Source of the DNA: an uncultured Acidobacteriaceae bacterium
Lineage (GTDB): Bacteria > Acidobacteriota > Terriglobia > Terriglobales > Acidobacteriaceae
Reading direction: 5' to 3'
Assembly: GCA_963748225.1 (NCBI GenBank)
Contig: CAVVHW010000015.1
Span: 7,838 to 71,837 of the forward strand
Length of the DNA: 64,000 nt
Below are positions 9,383 through 17,761 of this stretch, piece by piece. How positions within the stretch are numbered: the first letter of the stretch is position 1; every line of letters starts with the position of its first letter. A model generated the notes under the pieces. That model was not told the origin of the DNA, did not search any database, and saw only the letters and a program-made list of their open reading frames with translations. The translations under genes and the position numbers were made by a program.

Positions 9383-9533
9383 AAACATCGGTTTATTAGT
9401 TTCACCCCCAGCCTTCTTTCTTTGCCTCAGCATCGCCTGGTTCCCAATGTTCCAACACCAAATGATACATAACTTTATATTTATCTGTAGCTTAGATAGA
9501 TATCTAATGCCAGCCTGAGTCTGACGATTTTAT

Positions 9534-9562
9534 TTGACAATAGTAAGCTCATATTTTATGAT
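9534..9562 (+). promoter_or_regulatory. sigma70-type promoter candidate for hsp20
   Basis: TTGACA (9534-9539), a 17-nt spacer, then TATGAT (9557-9562), inside a strongly AT-rich intergenic region about 75 nt upstream of the hsp20 ATG. Confidence 0.5.
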
Positions 9563-9637
9563 TCTTTTGTGCTGAGATATACATCAAACTCAGTGAAGGT
9601 CATATAGACCGCAACATCTTTTTGGAGGATTTGGATC

Positions 9638-10153
9638 ATGACTGTGTTAACCCGCTGGGAACCGTTTCGTGAGTTGACCGCTTTGCAGAATCGTATGAAC
9701 CGTTTGTTCGAAGAGCAGTACGGCGGCGGCCGCGAAGAGTCGCTGACCACCGGCGCCTTTGCTCCTCCGGTTGACATTTACGAAGACGAGCACAGCATCC
9801 AGTTGAAGCTGGAAGTGCCCGGCATCGACGAAAAGGACCTGGACATCCGGGTGGAAAACAACGTTCTCACTGTAAGCGGCGAGCGTAAGTTCGAGAAGGA
9901 AGAGAAGGAAGAGAACTTCCGCCGGGTGGAGCGCCGCTATGGCAGCTTCAGCCGCTCGTTCACTCTGCCGAACACGGTGAACACCGAGGACATTCAGGCC
10001 GAGTACACCAATGGAGTATTGAACGTTCGACTGGCAAAGCGTGCCGAAGCCAAGCCGAAGCAGATCAAGGTCAATATCGGCACCCAGAAGCCGCTTGAAG
10101 GCAAGAAGCCCGAAGGTCAGACGCACAGCGCGACCAAAGGGCAGGTTGCCTGA
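9638..10153 (+). CDS. Hsp20/alpha-crystallin family small heat-shock protein
   Basis: The alpha-crystallin domain pattern is PPVDIYEDEHSIQLKLEVPGIDEKDLDIRVENNVLTVSGERK...FSRSFTLPNTV...EYTNGVLNVRL. GGAGGA lies upstream of the ATG. Confidence 0.95.
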   Translation: MTVLTRWEPFRELTALQNRMNRLFEEQYGGGREESLTTGAFAPPVDIYEDEHSIQLKLEVPGIDEKDLDIRVENNVLTVSGERKFEKEEKEENFRRVERRYGSFSRSFTLPNTVNTEDIQAEYTNGVLNVRLAKRAEAKPKQIKVNIGTQKPLEGKKPEGQTHSATKGQVA

Positions 10154-10203
10154 CCCAAGTTTCGCCCACCGGTGAGATCGGAGGGAGACGAACTGGGGAG
10201 TTC

Positions 10204-10233
10204 AAGGGAGGCGAATCTGCCTCCCTTTTGTTT
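10204..10233 (+). terminator. rho-independent terminator after hsp20
   Basis: 9-bp stem aagggaggc / gcctccctt with a 6-nt loop, followed by ttttgttt. Confidence 0.7.
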
Positions 10234-10406
10234 ACCGAAGGAACTCACCGGGGGCGAAAGCTAGACAGTGGCAAGTGGTGGGTGGATAGTAGTCAAATAA
10301 GGCAGGGGGCCGAGCACCTTGCCTATGGGTGGGACGTGCGAAGCGATACCAGAACACCCGTGACCTCCTTGACTATCCACTCACCACTTTTCATTGGAGT
10401 GAACCC

Positions 10407-13043
10407 ATGGCAATTCGTTGGGATAAGTTAACAGTTAAGGCGCAGGAAGCCATGCAGCGGGCGAACGATCTGGCCAGCGAGAACGGTAATCCTGAGTTGC
10501 AACCGGTACATATTCTGGCCGCGCTGCTGGAAGATCGCGAAGGCATCGTCGCTCCTTTGTTGGAGCGTGTAGGACTGCATACCCAAACGGTGCAAGCCGA
10601 GGTCATGAGCGACATCGAGCGCCTGCCCAAAGTCTCGGGCAGCGGCTCCACGCAGGCACATCTCTCGGATGCCGCCCAGAAGGTGCTGGAGAATGCCTTC
10701 AAAGAGGCCGCCAACTTCAAGGACGAGTACGTCTCTACCGAGCACATGCTGCTGGGGATGACCAAGTTGAAACGCGATGCGGCACAGGAGATCCTGACGC
10801 GCGGCGGCGCCACCTATGACAACATCCTGCGCGGGCTGACCACGGTGCGCGGCAATCAGAAGGTCACCGACCAGAATCCCGAAGCCAAGTATCAGGCGCT
10901 GGAGCGCTACGCCAAGGACCTGACCGAGCTCGCCCGCCAGGGCAAACTCGATCCCGTGATCGGGCGCGACGAAGAAGTGCGTCGCGTCGTGCAGGTGCTT
11001 TCGCGCCGCACCAAGAACAATCCAGTGCTGATTGGCGAACCCGGCGTCGGCAAGACTGCCATCGTCGAAGGCCTGGCGCAACGCATCATCTCCGGCGACG
11101 TGCCCGAGCAGCTGAAGAACAAGCGCGTGGTGTCGCTCGACCTGGGAGCGATGCTGGCGGGTGCTAAGTATCGCGGCGAATTCGAAGATCGCCTGAAAGC
11201 CGTGCTGAAGGAGATTGAGCAGTCGCAAGGGCAGATCATCCTGTTCATTGACGAGCTGCATACGCTGGTGGGCGCGGGAGCGGCCGAAGGCGCGATTGAC
11301 GCCTCCAACATGCTGAAGCCGGCGCTGGCACGCGGAGAGCTACGCGCCATTGGCGCCACCACGCTGAACGAATATCGCAAGTACATCGAGAAAGACGCCG
11401 CCCTGGAGCGGCGCTTCCAGATTGTGTATGTCGGCGAGCCCAACGTCGAGGACACCATCGCCATCCTGCGCGGTCTGCGCGAGAAGTACGAAGTTCACCA
11501 CGGCGTGCGCATTAAGGATTCGGCGATTGTGGCGGCGGCTACGCTGTCGCATCGCTACATCTCCGACCGCTTCCTGCCCGACAAAGCCATCGATCTGATC
11601 GACGAGGCCGCGGCTTCGCTGCGCATCCAGATTGACTCCATGCCAACCGAGATCGACCAGTTGGAGCGCCGGGCGACGCAGCTGGAGATCGAGCGCCAGG
11701 CGCTGAAGCGCGAAGACGATGCGAACTCGCGCGAACGGCTGGCAACTCTGGAGAAAGAGCTGGCGCACATCAAAGAGGACGCCAATGCTCTGAAGGCGCG
11801 TTGGAAGCAGGAGAAGGAAGCCATCGCTAAGGTGCGCGAGGCTAAGGAGCGCATCGAGCGGCTGAAGCTTGAGGAGCAGGAAGCCACACGCAAGGGCGAC
11901 TACAACCGCGCGGCGCAGATCAAGTACGGCGAGCTGCCGCAGTTGGAAGCGGAAGTGGCCAAGCTAAGCGCGGCGATGGATGGCAAGCAGTCGCGCATGT
12001 TGAAAGAAGAAGTCGATGAGGAAGACGTTGCCAAGATCGTCAGCAAGTGGACCGGCATTCCGGTGTCGAAGATGCTGGAAGGCGAAGTGAAGAAGCTGGT
12101 CACCATGGAAGACCGTCTGCGCCAACGCGTGATCGGACAAGATGAGGCGATCCAGAGCGTGGCTAACGCCATCCGGCGTTCACGTGCTGGGCTAAGCGAT
12201 CCGCGCCGGCCGATTGGCTCGTTCATCTTTCTGGGGCCGACAGGTGTCGGCAAGACCGAGCTGGCGCGGGCGCTGGCGGAATTTCTGTTCGATGATGAGC
12301 ACAACATGATTCGCATCGACATGTCGGAGTACATGGAGAAGCATTCCGTGTCGCGGCTGATCGGCGCGCCTCCAGGCTACATCGGCTACGACGAGGGCGG
12401 GCAGTTGACCGAAGCGGTGCGCCGCCGGCCGTACGCCGTGGTGCTGTTCGATGAAATCGAGAAGGCGCATCCCGACGTGTTCAATGTCTTCCTGCAGATC
12501 ATGGACGACGGCCGCCTCACCGACGGCAAGGGACGCATCGTCGATTTCAAGAACACCATCCTCATCATGACGTCGAACATTGGTTCGAGTTATCTGCAGG
12601 ACCTCGGCGAGCGTTCGCCGGAGCAGATCTCTGACGCGCACCAGCGGGTGATGGAGGCGCTACGGGCGCACTTCAAGCCCGAGTTCCTGAACCGAGTGGA
12701 CGACATTGTCATCTTCAATCCGCTGGGCAAAGAGCAGCTCACGAAGATCGTGGACCTGCGGCTGGAAGACCTGCGCAGGCTGTTGGCCGATCGCAAGATC
12801 AGCCTGGAGCTGACCGCGAAGGCGAAGGAGCTGATCTTTACCGAAGGCTACGATCCGAATTACGGTGCGCGTCCGTTGAAGCGGGCCATCCAGCGCCTGG
12901 TGCAGGACCCGCTGGCCATGAAGATCCTCGACGGCGAGGTGCTCCATGGCGATCACGTCGTCGTGGACGTCGACAAGAAGGAGCACAAGCTGACGTTCAA
13001 AGTGGCGAAACGGGTGGGAGAACCAGCGGCGGTAACGAAGTAA
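10407..13043 (+). CDS. clpB: ATP-dependent chaperone ClpB
   Basis: It has a Clp N-domain, two AAA+ modules ([16 protein letters not shown]) and a long coiled-coil middle domain between them. Start chosen at MAIRWDKLT (ATG 10407) rather than the upstream in-frame start at 10329. Confidence 0.97.
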   Translation: MAIRWDKLTVKAQEAMQRANDLASENGNPELQPVHILAALLEDREGIVAPLLERVGLHTQTVQAEVMSDIERLPKVSGSGSTQAHLSDAAQKVLENAFKEAANFKDEYVSTEHMLLGMTKLKRDAAQEILTRGGATYDNILRGLTTVRGNQKVTDQNPEAKYQALERYAKDLTELARQGKLDPVIGRDEEVRRVVQVLSRRTKNNPVLIGEPGVGKTAIVEGLAQRIISGDVPEQLKNKRVVSLDLGAMLAGAKYRGEFEDRLKAVLKEIEQSQGQIILFIDELHTLVGAGAAEGAIDASNMLKPALARGELRAIGATTLNEYRKYIEKDAALERRFQIVYVGEPNVEDTIAILRGLREKYEVHHGVRIKDSAIVAAATLSHRYISDRFLPDKAIDLIDEAAASLRIQIDSMPTEIDQLERRATQLEIERQALKREDDANSRERLATLEKELAHIKEDANALKARWKQEKEAIAKVREAKERIERLKLEEQEATRKGDYNRAAQIKYGELPQLEAEVAKLSAAMDGKQSRMLKEEVDEEDVAKIVSKWTGIPVSKMLEGEVKKLVTMEDRLRQRVIGQDEAIQSVANAIRRSRAGLSDPRRPIGSFIFLGPTGVGKTELARALAEFLFDDEHNMIRIDMSEYMEKHSVSRLIGAPPGYIGYDEGGQLTEAVRRRPYAVVLFDEIEKAHPDVFNVFLQIMDDGRLTDGKGRIVDFKNTILIMTSNIGSSYLQDLGERSPEQISDAHQRVMEALRAHFKPEFLNRVDDIVIFNPLGKEQLTKIVDLRLEDLRRLLADRKISLELTAKAKELIFTEGYDPNYGARPLKRAIQRLVQDPLAMKILDGEVLHGDHVVVDVDKKEHKLTFKVAKRVGEPAAVTK

Positions 13044-13076
13044 GCCGCCGGACTAGAAGTTGGCAAAATGCAGTTT

Positions 13077-13110
13077 GCGGCACAGTCGAAAGGCTGTGCC
13101 GTTTACATTT
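13077..13110 (+). terminator. hairpin after clpB (possible terminator)
   Basis: Stem gcggcacag / ctgtgccgt with an 8-nt loop, followed by a weak T-rich tail tttacattt. Confidence 0.4.
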
Positions 13111-13127
13111 CCAAGGTCACAAAGGCC

Positions 13128-13334
13128 TCAGTAATCGTACCGAGCCTGCAGGAAGTCGATGCGGCCCTCACCGACCCGATAGACGAGCCGATGCTCCTGG
13201 GTAATCCTCCTTGACCAGCAATCTGCCAGCGCAAACTTTAAGGGTTCCGGCTTGCCAATGCCGGTGAACGGTTCGCCCACTACCGCTTCTGCCAGTTCCA
13301 GAATTCGTAGGCGCGGCCTTGCAGCCACGGCCAT
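13128..13334 (-). pseudogene. YoeB/Txe-family toxin, N-terminally truncated, no antitoxin
   Basis: ...EPFTGIGKPEPLKFALADCWSRRITQEHRLVYRVGEGRIDFLQARYDY matches the YoeB core (GKPEPLK...WSRRI..EHRLVY...Y.Y). An in-frame TAG lies 5 codons upstream of the first ATG, and there is no room for a YefM gene. Confidence 0.6.
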
Positions 13335-13391
13335 GTCCGCCGGCCTGTGCTACCATCTCGCTTCACTCTTCTTATTTTTCCAGGAGCTCTC

Positions 13392-13955
13392 ATGCGGAAA
13401 ACCGTTCTATCGCTTGCTGTTCTTCTGTTCCTGGCGCTGTCGATGCTCGATCTGCACGCCGCCACCCTGGCGGGCGTGACCCTGCCAGACACGGAACAGG
13501 TGGGGAGCACCAAGCTGGTGCTCAATGGCCTGGGGCTGCGCACCGATTTCATGGTCAAGGTCTATGTCGCCGGACTCTACCTTGAGCAGAAGTCGTCGGA
13601 CCCCGGCACCATCATCAAAACCGACGGGCCGAACCGAATTGTCATGCAGTTCCTGCATGGCGCCAGCCAGAGCCAAATGGCAAATGCCTTCAAGGAATCG
13701 TTCAACGACAATACGCCCGACGCCATGAAGACGATGAAGCCCGACATCGACCGCCTGCTCGGCGCGCTCGAGCCCGTCAAACCGGGCGACCAGATGATCT
13801 TCACCTATGTCCCGGGCACGGGCACCACTTTTGCCATCAATGGCAAAGACAAGCTCACCATCGCTGGTTCAGCCTTCAACCCGGTGATTCTGTCAGTATG
13901 GCTCGGACCGAAGCCGCCCACCGCCAACGTGAAAAAAGGGATGCTCGGGAAGTAG
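13392..13955 (+). CDS. chalcone isomerase-like family protein, secreted
   Basis: Signal peptide MRKTVLSLAVLLFLALSMLDLHA, then GV.LPD...LVLNGLGLRTDFMVKVYVAGLYL...SVWLG, typical of bacterial CHI-like (Chalcone_3 type) proteins. AGGAG lies before ATG 13392. Confidence 0.75.
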   Translation: MRKTVLSLAVLLFLALSMLDLHAATLAGVTLPDTEQVGSTKLVLNGLGLRTDFMVKVYVAGLYLEQKSSDPGTIIKTDGPNRIVMQFLHGASQSQMANAFKESFNDNTPDAMKTMKPDIDRLLGALEPVKPGDQMIFTYVPGTGTTFAINGKDKLTIAGSAFNPVILSVWLGPKPPTANVKKGMLGK

Positions 13956-14118
13956 CGCCTGTCGTGGAATTTTCGTTTTTCTAATCACCGGCAACGGGCG
14001 TCCGACAACTGTTCTCGGTGCTCACACAAGCTTCCTTCGCTTGGCTGAGTTCTTCATTCTCCTGACCACCGGCGCCTTTGTGCGAAACTCGGGCAGGTAC
14101 GAAACAAGGGGCGAGCGC

Positions 14119-15537
14119 ATGGCAGCGACAGAGGAACGTCTCAGCAAGGCCACGATTCTAGGCATGATCGCCATGGGCGTCGCCGTTCTGGTGGTGGCCA
14201 ACGATTTCACCGCGCTCTCGGTGGCCCTCCCGGCGATCGAGAAGACCCTCCACACCGATATCACCACCGTGCAGTGGGTGATCAACGGCTACGCCATGGT
14301 CTTCGGTGTTCTCATCGTGACCGGCGGGCGGTTGGCCGACATGTTCGGACGAAGGCGCGTCTTTCTCGCTGGTGCCGCAATCTTCGCCGGCTTCTCCGTG
14401 ATCGGAGGCGTTGCCCCGAACGTTTGGGTGCTCCTGGCTTGCCGTTTCCTCATGGGCGTCGGCGGCGCCATGATGTGGCCCGCCATCCTGGGCATGACTT
14501 ACGGCTTGCTGCCGCCGAGTAAAGCCGGGCTGGCCGGCGGCATCATCCTGGGTGCGGCCGGATTCGGCAATGCGGTCGGCCCGCTGCTGGGTGGATGGCT
14601 GACCGACACCGTCGGATGGCGATGGATCTTCTTCGTCAACCTGCCGGTCGCCGCCGCCGCGGCCCTCATCACGTTCGTTGTCGTGCCGCCCGACACAGCG
14701 CGCAAGGGCAATGGAAGAATCGATTATCCCGGAACAGCCGTACTTTCCCTCGGACTGTTGGCGTTTCTGCTCGCCCTTGATTGGGCCCTCAACCTCGGCT
14801 GGACCGCGCCGCTGATCATCTTTCTTTTTGTCCTGGGCGCGGTCGCATTGGCCGCCTTCTTGTTCATCGAGCGGCGCGCCGGTGAAAGCGCTCTGGTCCC
14901 AGAAACCGTTCTTCAGAACCGTGGCTTTGTCGCAGCGTGCATGGCCACGCTGTTGGCCTCGGCTATCTTCTTCGCCGCGCTGCTTTACCTGCCTCAATTC
15001 ATGTCCAAGGTGCTCGGCTTCAGTGCTATGGGCTCGGGCGCCGGGCTGCTGCCCATGATGGGTACCTTCATGGTGACCTCGTTTGTCGCGGGACGGCTTT
15101 ACGAACGTCTCGGACCGAAGCTCATCGTCACTCTGGGCGCTCTTCTTCTCGGAGCCGGCATGATTCTTCTGTCGGCGATCTCGGCGACAACGACGTACAA
15201 CCATCTCATCTTTGGAATGGTCGTCCTCGGCATTGGCGTCGGATTGTTCTATTCGTCGGTTACCACGGCGGCGATCACCGCGCTCGATCCATCTGAGGCC
15301 AGTCTGGCCGGCGCCATCGTCTATATGTTTCAGATTGCCGGTGGATCGATCGGCATCGGCTTCAACACCGCCATTGTGGTCTCTGCATCATCGATGCCCG
15401 GGGGAATTCATATTGCGTTTCTGGTGGACGGCATCCTGGCCATCTGCAGCGCAACCGTGGCGATTCTCTTCGTTGGAGGCACCGTAGATCGCGAGCGCCT
15501 GCGCGCCTTGCGTCATCACCATCGCGCCCACGCGTGA
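14119..15537 (+). CDS. MFS transporter, DHA2 (EmrB/QacA-like, 14-TMS) family
   Basis: Many TM segments. The MFS motif A is GGRLADMFGRRRVFLAG, and the length fits a 14-TMS drug:H+ antiporter. Start at MAATEERL is preferred over the upstream in-frame start. Confidence 0.9.
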   Translation: MAATEERLSKATILGMIAMGVAVLVVANDFTALSVALPAIEKTLHTDITTVQWVINGYAMVFGVLIVTGGRLADMFGRRRVFLAGAAIFAGFSVIGGVAPNVWVLLACRFLMGVGGAMMWPAILGMTYGLLPPSKAGLAGGIILGAAGFGNAVGPLLGGWLTDTVGWRWIFFVNLPVAAAAALITFVVVPPDTARKGNGRIDYPGTAVLSLGLLAFLLALDWALNLGWTAPLIIFLFVLGAVALAAFLFIERRAGESALVPETVLQNRGFVAACMATLLASAIFFAALLYLPQFMSKVLGFSAMGSGAGLLPMMGTFMVTSFVAGRLYERLGPKLIVTLGALLLGAGMILLSAISATTTYNHLIFGMVVLGIGVGLFYSSVTTAAITALDPSEASLAGAIVYMFQIAGGSIGIGFNTAIVVSASSMPGGIHIAFLVDGILAICSATVAILFVGGTVDRERLRALRHHHRAHA

Positions 15538-15587
15538 GCCGTGCTCCCACATCAAGGCTAGAGCAACTTCTGAGTTGCTATAACCGC

Positions 15588-15729
15588 CTTGAAGGGGCGC
15601 GGCTTCAGCCGCGCCGATCCGCATTATCAACAACTCGGCCTTTAGACCCTGCGGTGCACCCCCTCAGCGGCTAAAGCCGGTCACTTCCTGCCATCTTTCG
15701 GCACGCCTGAAGCCGTGCCCTTTCAAAGC
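15588..15729. repeat. C-family hairpin repeats (two copies, opposite orientation)
   Basis: cttgaaggggcgcggcttcagccgcgcc (15588-15615) and ggcacgcctgaagccgtgccctttcaaagc (15700-15729). The same unit recurs at 22584, 26693, 50466 and 57285. Confidence 0.65.
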
Positions 15730-15886
15730 GCATACAGCCACTGGGGAATCGAGCTCTAGTCACGCGACGGCGTGACCTCGCGCACTGACAAAATATCTTG
15801 AGCGACTATCGTTCACTTGTCTTGAAAATAGGGATTTTCCGTCCACCGTCCACCTGCCCACGAACAGTTTCCCAGAAGGAGATGCC

Positions 15887-16303
15887 ATGATGAGGACGAG
15901 ACTAGTGCTTGTGGCTTTGATATCGCTTCTTGCACTGCCGGCATTCGGCAAGACCTACAAGAATACCTACGCCGATCCTTGCACCGAAGTATGGAGCGCG
16001 GTCAAGGACACTCTTAGCAATCCGGACAACTACACCGTCGTGGAGAATAACGACGCTCAAATGACCGCTTCTTACGACGTAAAGCACTCCGCCCATGTCA
16101 ACATCAGCGGAACGCTCCTGCAGCGTACCAATAAGGTCACCCTGGTATCGAAGGGTACCGGGTGTGAGATGCAGGTGGTGTCGAACTATAGCGGATGGGA
16201 GCACAACGATAAGGGTGACTTCAGGACTCGTGTGGATGAAGCTTTGGCTAAGCTGAAAGCTGCCACTCCGCTGCCCGCGAAACCGGCGGAAGCGGCCAAA
16301 TAA
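15887..16303 (+). CDS. hypothetical secreted protein
   Basis: 138-aa ORF with signal peptide MMRTRLVLVALISLLALPAFG and GGAGA upstream. No recognised domain. Confidence 0.6.
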   Translation: MMRTRLVLVALISLLALPAFGKTYKNTYADPCTEVWSAVKDTLSNPDNYTVVENNDAQMTASYDVKHSAHVNISGTLLQRTNKVTLVSKGTGCEMQVVSNYSGWEHNDKGDFRTRVDEALAKLKAATPLPAKPAEAAK

Positions 16304-16550
16304 TATCGGCAGGCGCGCGCGACGCCCGTGGGGCGGGCAATCGTCGGGTCTCCGACGATACATCGGGCAAGGGCGACATTCACGTGCGCGTCTCGCCGAT
16401 GGCGGTGATGGGTTCGGCGATTGTGCTGCTTGTGGTTGGCGTGATGAGCGGCGTGGTCCAGTCCTGCGCGCGTCGAAGCTGGATCCGGTAGAGGCGTTGA
16501 GGTACGAGTGAGGCCGGCTGCTTGAGGAACGCTCATAAACGGAATGGGAT

Positions 16551-17096
16551 CTATCCGAACCGCAGCAACGGCGGAGCCTCTTGTTCAGTAACTCCCCCTC
16601 CCTCTAAGAATGGGGTCACATCTCTCACTCCCGATTCACGCAGCACAGCAGAAAGATCTTCGAGACAGCCTATTTTCGAGAATGATTTTTTGGCACGCAG
16701 GTAAAGAAGAACATTCTTGTGGGCATTAATTAAATTGACGACATTGGTGAGGGTTCCTTTGCTCCGACCGTCCCACAGCATGAAGCCACAGGTCGAGCGG
16801 GTTGCCATGGCTTTGTCTTTGATCGCGTAGTAGTGGCGGTCGCGTCGAAGGTGCGAGGGGGCTTGGTGATGCTGGGTTGACCATCCGCCGACATTGTTTC
16901 GACAGACATCCATGCAATGTACAACCACATTCTGATACTGCCGTTTCGCAAGATAACTCTGAACGGCCTTGTCGGCGCCGTTAGCGTCGCCGACAAGCAC
17001 GGTGAATCCCTGCTTTATGATGTTGTCAATACGTTCCGTAATCTGCGAATTTAACCGCGAGACGGCGCGAGAACCGGCAATAAAAACGGTTGTCAT
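16551..17096 (-). CDS. SLOG/DprA-like Rossmann-fold protein (putative ShosA-like partner)
   Basis: It starts TVFIAGSRAVS and carries VLVGDANGADKAVQSYL and CGFMLWDGRSKGT. This is the G-rich strand plus GxxxGxD signature of the SLOG superfamily (DprA/DUF2493-like). It is coupled to the upstream PRTase gene by a 2-nt spacer. Confidence 0.65.
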   Translation of the reverse strand: MTTVFIAGSRAVSRLNSQITERIDNIIKQGFTVLVGDANGADKAVQSYLAKRQYQNVVVHCMDVCRNNVGGWSTQHHQAPSHLRRDRHYYAIKDKAMATRSTCGFMLWDGRSKGTLTNVVNLINAHKNVLLYLRAKKSFSKIGCLEDLSAVLRESGVRDVTPFLEGGGVTEQEAPPLLRFG

Positions 17097-17098
17097 CG

Positions 17099-17680
17099 TT
17101 AGCTCCTTGTGCGCGTGAGCGCGAGGACATATAAGGCCTTCGCCCGCCCCTGTACCTTGATCAATTCTGCAACGACCGTCATGCTTGCACCTGATTGCAA
17201 GAGATCGTCAATCAACAGCACGTCTTTCCCTACGAGATCATCGCCAACCGTAAAGGCCCCCCTCAATGTGGCAACTCGCTCCGAGAAGTCGCCGATGTCC
17301 TTCATCTGCGCGGTGCTTTTCAATTTCGAAACGGACCTCGTATCCAGAGGAATATTCAAAGCTCGACTCAATGCGGAGCCAATTTCGAAAGTCGGTTGCA
17401 CGGGACGTTGTTTTGAGGGCGGCATCGGGACAATGACATTGGGATAAATCCCAACGGTCTTCAAGAATTGTGCCGTAATTTCGACGATAGGTTCAATCAC
17501 ACTTTGGTCCCGCTTATATTTCAGGCGGTATACCAACTCACCGAGTTCGGAACGCTGAGTGTCGAATTCAGGATGGCCGAACTCGTTGTACCCTATCATG
17601 GTACTCGAAATCGTGTGCCTGTCTAGGACATATCCTCGATCCCATGGACCCTTAATTTCCTTCGGGTCGATGTTCACCAT
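17099..17680 (-). CDS. ComF-like phosphoribosyltransferase-domain protein (putative ShosT-like)
   Basis: LVYRLKYKRD..., VIVPMPPSK, ...R..LRGAFTV... and the PRPP-binding loop GKDVLLIDDLLQSGASM match the ComF/PRTase core. There is no N-terminal zinc finger. Confidence 0.7.
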   Translation of the reverse strand: MVNIDPKEIKGPWDRGYVLDRHTISSTMIGYNEFGHPEFDTQRSELGELVYRLKYKRDQSVIEPIVEITAQFLKTVGIYPNVIVPMPPSKQRPVQPTFEIGSALSRALNIPLDTRSVSKLKSTAQMKDIGDFSERVATLRGAFTVGDDLVGKDVLLIDDLLQSGASMTVVAELIKVQGRAKALYVLALTRTRS

Positions 17681-17761
17681 GAATTCAGCCTTCCTTTACT
17701 TGAATCAGCGATCATAGACTGGGCAGGTGACAAATTCGTTCTGAACATACGGGAAAGTATG

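Noticed and set aside
14158-15204. 348-aa ORF antisense to the MFS transporter. Similar long antisense ORFs occur at 10428-11261 (clpB), 19698-20621 (helicase), 25111-25956 (kbl), 32181-33119 (amylase), 33343-34005 (dNK, nearly full length), 35433-36431 (hemL), 43020-43772 (DUF2252), 44510-45382 (MBL), and 58382-59167 and 59297-70 (secD, that is 59297-60070).
   Set aside because: Their composition is Arg/Gly/His/Asp-rich and low in complexity, which is typical of the stop-poor antisense frame of high-GC genes. The sense-strand proteins have unmistakable family motifs, and none of the antisense ORFs has a plausible SD or a recognisable domain.
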